From a virus (Duplodnaviria; Heunggongvirae; Uroviricota; Caudoviricetes): a DNA stretch of 20,843 bases. Below are positions 10,197 to 19,000 of this stretch, one piece after another. The notes under the pieces are model-generated. The model was not told where the DNA came from, did no database searches, and was given only the letters and a program-made list of their open reading frames with translations. The position numbers and the translations under genes were made by a program. Numbering within the stretch: the first letter of the stretch is position 1; each line of letters starts with the position of its first letter. The stretch lies in IMG/VR virus record IMGVR_UViG_3300024268_000040; one strand, given 5' to 3'.

Positions 10197-10543
10197 ACAT
10201 ATACCTCCGGTCCATCATACACTATATCCACGATGAGTCTATGATTAATGCTTTCACTATTATTATAAGTTTTAGTTAATACCTTATCATCAAATCTCAA
10301 ACCGGTAATACGACCAACACCTTCTAAATCAAGTTCATAAATACCTGTATTACCAATAGTAATAGGGTTGTTTCCTCCATTTAAATAGAAAACAACCCCC
10401 GGTTCGCCCTATATACCAAGATGAGATACTGCTCCATAGTTATAAAATAAATTATTTGCCCAATCTCGTTCAGCCAATGAGCCAGATGGATAATTATTTT
10501 CATTTCCAGGACCATGATAGCGGAACTACATCATTCGTTTCAT
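10193..10543 (-). CDS. Gene E: 116-aa small beta-rich protein, missing from the ORF track
   Basis: ATG 10543 with SD TAAGGAGG (10552-10559). Two TAG (10526, 10409) hide it under code 11. Translation MKRMMQFRYHGPGN…SHLGIQGEPGVVFYLN…IGNTGIYELDL…LIVDIVYDGPEVYV, ending TGA that overlaps the gene F ATG. Confidence 0.85.
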
Positions 10544-10556
10544 ATCTCATCCCTCC

Positions 10557-13004
10557 TTATATAATATTCTCTGCGGCCTTTGTCGCAGTAATAGACATTG
10601 TACCATTATAAGATAATGGTAAAGTAATTTTACTTACAATATAATCTCCATCCAATCCTGTATCATCATCATGTAAATAAATACGAGTATTTGGTTGAAG
10701 ATAATAAATTGGAATAGCTGTAATTGTAGCACTTTCAATACAATAACTGTGCTGATATAATAACTCATCTAATCGCTCTTTTGCGGATTTACCTTGCGCG
10801 CTAATTGAAAACATACCATCAATCTCAGCGCATTGAATATAGCGAAAACCAGGTAAAGCGCCCGTCTCACCGGGAGCCGCATAAATAACATTAGGAGTTT
10901 CTCTAAAGTAAATGGACTTTACATTAGAGTCATTGATTGCTTTTGGCCGTGCGCCAATGTTCTTTACATCGTATTTAGATAATTCACTAGATTTCTTTTT
11001 ATCTTCATGTGAACCATCTAAAAAATCAAACCAAAAGTTTAAAGTTTCAGGTTTTTTATATACGGCCTTGTTCCAATATCTATGATCTCCGCTCTAATAA
11101 TAATTTTCATTTCTGTCCTCAATTAGTTGCTCTACTTTTATAGTAATTTTATCTAATTCATAATTTAGATTTTCTAAACGATCTTTTTCTCTAAAATATA
11201 AATCGTTTAAAATTCCCATTGCGATATAAGGATCAGAAACATTAATAAACAAAGAAGCATACTGTGGATACTAATTTTTAAATTGAATTAATATCTAATT
11301 GGCTTCTGTTTGATCATCATCAGATAATTCGTTATTAATTGCAGCTAAATAGTTTTCTAGTCCTCCGATACGATTATCGGTATTTGGATTTTCTTCTCCA
11401 AAAACAATCACAGTCAAAGTGTCTACCTATTGTTGTAAATTAGTCTATGTGTTTAAAGCCTCTTGATATTGTTCATCCAATTCTGGATAATATAGCTATC
11501 TCCAAAAGCCTTGTAAGTCAATATAATAAATTTCATATCCTGTGCGGCCAGTCGGATATAAATCTCCATTCGCTTTGGCTACTCGCAATTCAAAGTCGCT
11601 TAAAAAATTATATTTATAATAATCAAGTGCCATTTGATAAATTACTTCACGCCAATCTGATTCATCTGCTGTAATTGTAGAAGATTCCTATCCTTTTACA
11701 TTTACTTTATAATTATTATTATAAGTTTGTAACTCTTTATTATTATCTTCTACAAAAATTTTTGTATATTGTTTTGGTTTGCGATCAATAGCATAACGAA
11801 TATGTACTGGAATTTTTGCTCCACTCACACTTTCACGTTCACCCCAAATTGAATAATCATTTTTAAGATTTAATAAATTGGGATTATTATTAAATGCTGT
11901 AATTAACTCACTACCACTAAACATATATGAATGTGTTGAAGCGAGCGCTAGAGCCTGGCTCATAGGTGCATTTGAAGTTGTGGCCGCAGGTGACCACATT
12001 GTAGAAATAAAGGACTATTTTTTCTAAAAAATAAATCTTCCATCTATATCATAAAAATATTCAAATTCAACTAACATATTTTTAATTTTATCTAATACGC
12101 TAGTTAAACTTTCACCTACATTCGCAATTAAGTCTCCTGCATATACTAAATCAGTTTCTCTATAGCCCGCAGTCTAACCATACTCAACTTTTGCTACATA
12201 CCACTCTTGACCGTCCATTTCAATAATTACATTAGTTAAAGTTCCTGTAAATGGATCAACTAACATTTCTAATTCCTCTGGCCGCAAACGATCGAGAGTC
12301 TTCGTCTCTCCGGTTTTTTGGACCCTACAGATTTTTTTTCCATCAAGGGTAGCATTACGATAAGACTAATCATGAATACTTCTATACAAATACATTGGAA
12401 TATCATATCTATATTCTAGCAATTCTAAACCGTATGTATCTAAATCATTAATAATGATATTATGTAATGGTTCTCCACCATATACATGAACTGCATTACG
12501 AATAATATCTTGGATAGGAATCTTTCTAAGAGTCCATACACCTTCAGCATTTTCTTCCTCAATACAGCCAAAATCAATTGAAGATTCTAATGTACCTCCA
12601 ATTTCACCATTTAATAAAGCCATTTTATCTTTGCCTTGAATGGTTATAGAAAAATTATTCGTACTACGAGAAGTATTAAAAACGGTAATTAAAAAAATAC
12701 CTTGATTAAACCAGATAATTTTAGGATACTTAGTATCAATAGTATTTTCAACACCAACTTCTAACTTAAATTTAGTATTTAAACCCCAATAAAAATCATT
12801 ATATTTAAAATCTTGTGCCACAATAGTTAGAGAACAGGTACGACGGACCGCAGAGGATCCATCAATATTAATAGACCCCTGCGTAACACGTCCTTCAATA
12901 GTTTCAATGGGTAGCTCTTGAAAAGTAAGAGCAGTAATACGAGCATAAATAATTTTATTTTTTGATTTATCTAATTTTAATAAAAAATCTTTATCATATA
13001 GCAT
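10557..13004 (-). CDS. Gene D: 815-aa DUF5048-like tail-tip/baseplate-hub-type structural protein
   Basis: Joins 12366-13004, 11688-11999 and 10557-10814 via 11 TAG, ends TAA. Motifs GRVTQGSINIDGSSAVRRTCSL, VLDKIKNMLVEFEYFYDIDGRFIFQKK and ITAIPIYYLQPNTRI…DYIVSKITLPL resemble phage hub/Tal-like proteins of Bacillota phages (recalled, not searched). Confidence 0.75.
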
Positions 13005-15546
13005 TTATGCTCCCCCTTCCTATAGTAGCTTCATATGTCGAAATCAAAGCTCGATAATATTTTTCAAATAAACTATAATTCTCAGGGTCTTTTTCCCAAT
13101 CTTGTCTCCACTATAAAAGTTTACCTGTTTCAAAAGTATAATATTTTGTATTTAATTGATATACAATATCTACAAATAAAGCATTACCTAAATACATATA
13201 TTTAATATCGGATAAATTGGTTAAAATCATACGACCTGCAGTTCTAATACTACTATATTGACCAGAAATTAAACTACCATCCTCCTTAGTCTTGTTATTG
13301 GTAATATCAAATGTGTAATCTAAATCTAATGAAGAACCAATTAATTTTCTAGTCCATCCATCATAATATTTATCATCACATTTTACAATAACATCGATAG
13401 TTGGATGATATTCTTTGCTACCATCCCAAAAACGATATTTACCACCTTCAATAGCAGTAACTGATAATACAGTAATAACAGGTCGTTCCTGAACTTTAAG
13501 ATAATAAACATTACCAATGCTTTCTCTTAATGGAGAAGCAAGATTAAACACTGAATTATAAATACCTTTATCTAAATGAGCCTCAATCTCATCTCGATTC
13601 TAACCAATCCATGTATCAATTTTGTCTTCAATTTTAACATCTTCAATGATACTGAAAGGCTCAATAGTAGCTTCAGTATATTGCGCATAAGTTAATACAG
13701 CGCTACTCCAAGAGGCAGAAGACTAAGCTCTAGCCTATAAAAATACTAGCGGATTTTCAGCTAACAAATATTTATCAAATTCATAAATACCAGTTACACC
13801 CAAATCAGCTTCTTTAATATTATCATTTTGTAGTTGATAATAAAAACGAATATTTGGCTACCCGATAATCGTAGCCATAACAGCGTTACCTCTCCAAATA
13901 CCAAACTATGAACTTGGAATATCACTTAAAGTAACTTGAATAAACTCTAAATCACGAGTTTCTAATTTTTCTTCCATAAGCATACCATAAGCACGTAAAT
14001 TTTCAAAAGTACAATCTGCAATTTCATAAGCTGTGCTTGTAAAAGTATGAAGCATACGACTTAAAGTATCATTAGGACTCATTGAAGTATTCATTAAACG
14101 CACAATAAAACTGCCCTCGCCAGGAGACCGGAAAAGTTTAGGTTTACCATTAGTTAACCATTCTAAGACTTCCATTTTAAATTCTCGTTCCTTATGAAAA
14201 TTATCTGCGCTCAAATCAGTATGGCTACTAGTTAAATCACCGCGATACTCTTCTGAATTAATAAATGGAGTATTTACTCGATAAGGCTCTATAGTTTGAA
14301 GCCCCTCAATAAATTCGTTATTCTCATCCGTTAATACACTAATAAGACCTGAAATTGGAAATTCTTTATATTTTACATTGCCATTGCGGAAAAAGAAAGG
14401 ATACTTTCCGCCAATAGTATCCATTTTAGATTCTAGAATAGTATTTTTAAAAGAAGATACTTTTGGATTGTAGCGAATACGCAATTGGCGTTTACCATCA
14501 CTTAAATACATATCTTCAAAATCAACGTCTAATATATCAGTTTCAATACGCTTAGAATAAATGCCTGCCGCATTAAAAGCTTGTAGTGCATATTTATAAG
14601 ATACTCCTTGAGATACACAGTAATCTCGACATAAATACCTACGGGACTAACTATCCCAATTAGCCAAAACAAATTCAGTTAACTAATACCAACTTTGATA
14701 GTTATCTTCATTAGAAGCACGAAGCAATAAAAATTGTCCATTAATAAATTTGCGGTCTTCTGGTTTTGTCGTGCTATGAGGCTCAATTGAAAGCTCCACG
14801 TATGCGCCGGCCGCATCATTTCTAGCAACAAATTGATAATATTTTAAAATATCTGTATCAACTGCTTGATTATCAGTGATACGATATTTTTGGCTTTCTT
14901 CTACTAATCCATTAATTGTTTTGACACAGTATTGAATAGTAAAATCTCCATCACATCCGTATCTTGTTGTCCAGGTATCCTATGATTTATCAGTAAATTC
15001 ATCAGTAGAAGAATTATGCAATAATTCTCCACTAGTCTACACAGGAGTATCTTTTCCTAATTCAAATATATTAAACCAATAAGAATAAACTTTTTCTGAT
15101 GGGTCTAATGCATTCTCATAAACTCCCGTATAATTATAAATATTTGTATTAATTTTAATACCACCCTCTAAATCTTTTATAATTAAAGAGGGCTATGAAG
15201 TATATTTAAAAGTTCCTACTGAAGAATAGAAACCATCATTATCATTTTCACCATCCATATTGACATATGCTAATTGCACTTTATAATACTAACCAATTGA
15301 AAAATCAGATTGATTAATTGGAAATAAAGCAATCCATTGGTTATTCTTATAATACCACTAATCCACTTCACAAGTTGCAGTAGTAATTTGAACATTAGTC
15401 TATACAGATTTAATAATCGCTCTCATTTTTACCACATCACCTTTAGCAACAGAGCGATTCATTTGAAAGGGAATGCGTAATGTATCTCCCTTTTGAGCTA
15501 CAATAACGCCATCAATAAGTGGCGGATTTAATTTTACAACTGCCAT
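12994..15546 (-). CDS. Gene C: 850-aa structural protein, probable FN3/Ig-like domains plus distal-tail (Dit)-like domain
   Basis: ATG 15546 with SD AAAGGAGA (15553-15560). 14 in-frame TAG; joins 13906-14511 and 13111-13551; ends TGA 12994, overlapping the gene D start by 11 nt. Motifs RDYCVSQGVSYKYALQAFN and KYKEFPISGLIS…LTNGKPKLFRSPGEG…FTSTAYEI. The Dit/FN3 labels are inference. Confidence 0.75.
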
Positions 15547-15575
15547 TTTAGTTCTCCTTTCTCACCTTATAATAA

Positions 15576-15605
15576 AGTAAGGTGTCAGATTTCTGACACC
15601 TTACT
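15576..15605 (-). terminator. Perfect 14-bp inverted repeat, probable terminator/attenuator after gene B
   Basis: Minus strand AGTAAGGTGTCAGA-AA-TCTGACACCTTACT followed by TTATT (imperfect U tract), 7 nt after the gene B stop. Confidence 0.6.
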
Positions 15606-15612
15606 ACATATA

Positions 15613-15981
15613 TTAGTCAATCATAAACATTAAAGCTTCCATTTGAGCAGTAGTCAGAGTCAAATCATCACTTAAAGCATCGACACTAATCTTAGAAATA
15701 TTAACATCCTGCTCTAAATTAAACAAATCCTCTAATTCCTTGCTAGCCTCAGCAAGCTTATCATTAGGAATCTGATATTGCTCGCCAGACTCATCTAATA
15801 CACCATAAGTCTGAGCAATTTCTAAACGAGCCTTTTCAATATCCTGTGCCAAACTCAGAAGAGTATTCTTATTCTTCTGAAGATAGAAGTTAATCTTAAT
15901 AGGTAACTTCTGTTCGCCATCCTGGAATGCATCCATTAACTGACGAGTATAAGTATAAATTTCATTATTTGTCATTTTCAT
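15613..15981 (-). CDS. Gene B: 122-aa acidic helical protein, DUF1617-like phage tail-region protein
   Basis: ATG with SD AAAGGAGA (15992-15999), TAA stop, no TAG. The pattern KLPIKINFYLQKNK…IEKARLEIAQTYG…ELEDLFNLEQDVNI resembles small proteins that follow tail-fibre genes in Bacillota phages (recalled). Confidence 0.7.
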   Translation of the reverse strand: MKMTNNEIYTYTRQLMDAFQDGEQKLPIKINFYLQKNKNTLLSLAQDIEKARLEIAQTYGVLDESGEQYQIPNDKLAEASKELEDLFNLEQDVNISKISVDALSDDLTLTTAQMEALMFMID

Positions 15982-16032
15982 AAGAAAAAAATCTCCTTTA
16001 TCTCAGTTTTTATTTTTTTTTATGTTAACTAA

Positions 16033-19000
16033 TTATACATAAGAATAACCAGTATAAATAGTAACCTGTTCGAGAGTGCCACTACTATTCTACGCAGCAT
16101 ATAATATCCCAGTACTACTTTTATATAAAGTAATAGAATGTCTATGATAAGTAGATTGCCAAGATGGCCCACTGTCATTGGCACCAGTACCATTACCTAT
16201 CCAAGCGTAACCACTAGATCCTTTAGATGTTGGAGCATATGGATAAGTGGATCCCTATGATATTGTTTTCCACTCTAATCCAGTAGCATCACTATTAGTT
16301 GCTAACACTTGACCTGCAGATCCTACAGAAATTGCAACAGGTATACCATCAGAAAAGTATACCGGCCAATTAGTACTGCCAACACTATATTTTGTACCAG
16401 AACCATTGGCTAAAGTTAAAGCACTATTTGCAATTGCTACTTTATTATCTCCAATTAAAGTAAATCCTCCGCCAAACTCAGCAATATAATTTGGCAATGT
16501 ATATGTTACATTACCCACACGGATATGAGTATCTTCTGGAATTTCTAAATAGTGATAAATAAGAGTAGAACATTCTGTATTACCTACTCCCAATTGTACT
16601 TTATTTGTAGCCAAAGTAATTGTCGAACCATAAAACCACATTCCGCCACCAGAATCTTTGTTTACCAAAAGATAGGTATCTGCATCAGAAAAATATAAAG
16701 TGCCTGAAAAATAGCTTTTACCATTAACTCTTAAATCATAATTATTATCTGGCTCAATTCCAATTCCTAAATTTCCTGTAATATAAGTGTCTCCACTCAC
16801 TTTTAATACATAATCATCAACTGGATCAGTACCAATACCAGTATGACCACCAATTCGAGTTTTTCCATTAACTCGTAAATCCCATGTATCATTTGGAGCA
16901 ATACCAATTCCTACGTGTCCAGTTAAATAAGATTTTCCATTTACATATAAATGATAATCATTATTATAACTACTCTAACCTATTTTTAAATGACCAGAAA
17001 TCCAACCTTCACCACTTAATTCAAATTTACCTGTAGTTTTAACAGCTAATGTACCATGAACCGTTAAAGAAGTTAATTCTGCATTAGTAGCAGTTAATTT
17101 GCCTCCTGAAGTAACATTAAATGTCTCTCCTGCTTTGATACTAGAACCTGAAATATTAGTACCAGAAATAGTACCACCAGAAATGGCTGAACCACTAATA
17201 GCTCCAGTACTACCATTTAAAATAACGCTATTATTAGCGCTCTATAAATTACCATCTGAAGTAACTTTCCAATTGCCGATAGAACCAGTGCCACTAACAT
17301 TAAGATTACCACTAATATTTATATTACCAGATAAATCAGCATTAGTAAATTTAGCATTACCAGCCGCATCAATAGACCAGGGAGATGTCGATCCTCCCTA
17401 AATACTACCATCCCATTTAATTTTAAAAGCATTACCAATTTCAATTGGTATTCCATTAGGATTATTCGTAATGGATAAAGTATTAGTACCACTATCTCCA
17501 GTAAAAGTAATTAAGCCTGCTCCATCATTATCATATGCATCAATAATAATATTACTTGAACGTAACTCAAAATCAAATGCATGAATGTGACCAGTACTTA
17601 AATCAATTTTCATACCAGCACCGGGTACGCCATTTGCTCCGATTGGATCAAAATCATCAGATTTTAAATAATATCCATCAGAACCAATATAAATTAAATT
17701 ATTTCCACTCGTATTATTTTTTACAACTAAAAATGCAGTAGCTCCATCACTAGAATCAATCATTACATTTTTAGAAGTTAATTTAAAATTAAAAGCATCA
17801 ATATAGCCTTTAACTAAATCAAAATAAGTACCTTCACCTCGATCATTAGCAACTCCGTCAGTAATCCAATAGGTACCAGACCGATAATTTCGAGACTATA
17901 AGAAATAATTATTTAATCCAATAGAAATCAATGGTTTTAATTGCCAAGCACCTTCAATACCACTAGAATCCTTATTCCAAGGAACTTCAATTAAAAAATA
18001 CTAATTAGTATTAGTAGATCCGTTCGTTCCAGTAGCACTTAATAAAATATGATTTGCATATCTACTAGCAATAGTATTATTAATAGCTTCTGTCGTGCCA
18101 TCTTCTTTGTAAACAGTTTCATAATACTTATATCTATTCCCATCAGAACCTAAACTTGCACCACGAATATCAATATATCCGTCATTCAAATCAATTTTCA
18201 TGCCTGCGGGAATATCATAAATAATAGCGCCATCTTGTTCACTACGATCTAACCGAGTCTATTCATAAGAAGCACTTGTAATCGCACCTTTATTGCCATC
18301 GAATTTAATACGACCACGACCTGCTTTACCAATAAAAGCAGTGCCATCAATATTAAATCCAAAACTCTAGGCACCATCATTAAAACCATATACACCATAT
18401 CCAGTTTTTGCGTCAAGATCAATACCAGCATTACCGCCAATATCACCCATCAACACACCTTGAAATGTATTATTTTCAGTTTTCCGTCCAGCACCTACCA
18501 TTGATGATAATATTGTACCATTTTTTTTGTCAATTGTCAAGCTACCGTCCCAATCATTGAGTACAGAAGATGCAAAACGATTCTATGTAATTACAATAGG
18601 CTGAGACCATAATAAATCATTTGTAATTGCAGAATATGCTTTTACAACAGCATAACAATCAATATTATCCAAATATAATGAAGCTGGAGTTAAACCACCC
18701 GCATCATTAATAATTGGCATATAATTACGATAAAACTAATACTCTTTATTGTTTTCATCTGTAAATTGTACACCATTTGCGTTATAATATTCAATATCCC
18801 AATTAACATCAATTTGATCATTGGGATTATAAGTCTTAGATCCTAAAGTTATTTTTTTCATTGCAAATAACTTATAAGGATTATCAAACATACTTCTATT
18901 ATCAATAGTACCAAAACTATTATAGACAATAGAAGTTGGTCCAGAAATATAATAATCTCCTGCAGCCGCTGGTATTGCACGCACTGTCTCTAGTGTTACC

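Noticed and set aside
17099-17741. Plus-strand track ORFs 17099-17401 and 17556-17741
   Set aside because: Antisense to gene A. Their periodic Pro/Leu pattern just mirrors the Gly/Ser repeats on the coding strand.
8408-18446. Off-frame minus-strand ORFs 8408-8590, 9755-9943, 11447-11674, 18249-18446
   Set aside because: Each lies inside a longer table-15 gene in another frame and shows no independent coding signal.
12332-18528. A8 runs in genes D (about 12332-12339) and A (about 18521-18528) as programmed frameshift or phase-variation sites
   Set aside because: Both frames are intact through the runs, I saw no useful alternative-frame product, and such runs are common in AT-rich Lys codons.
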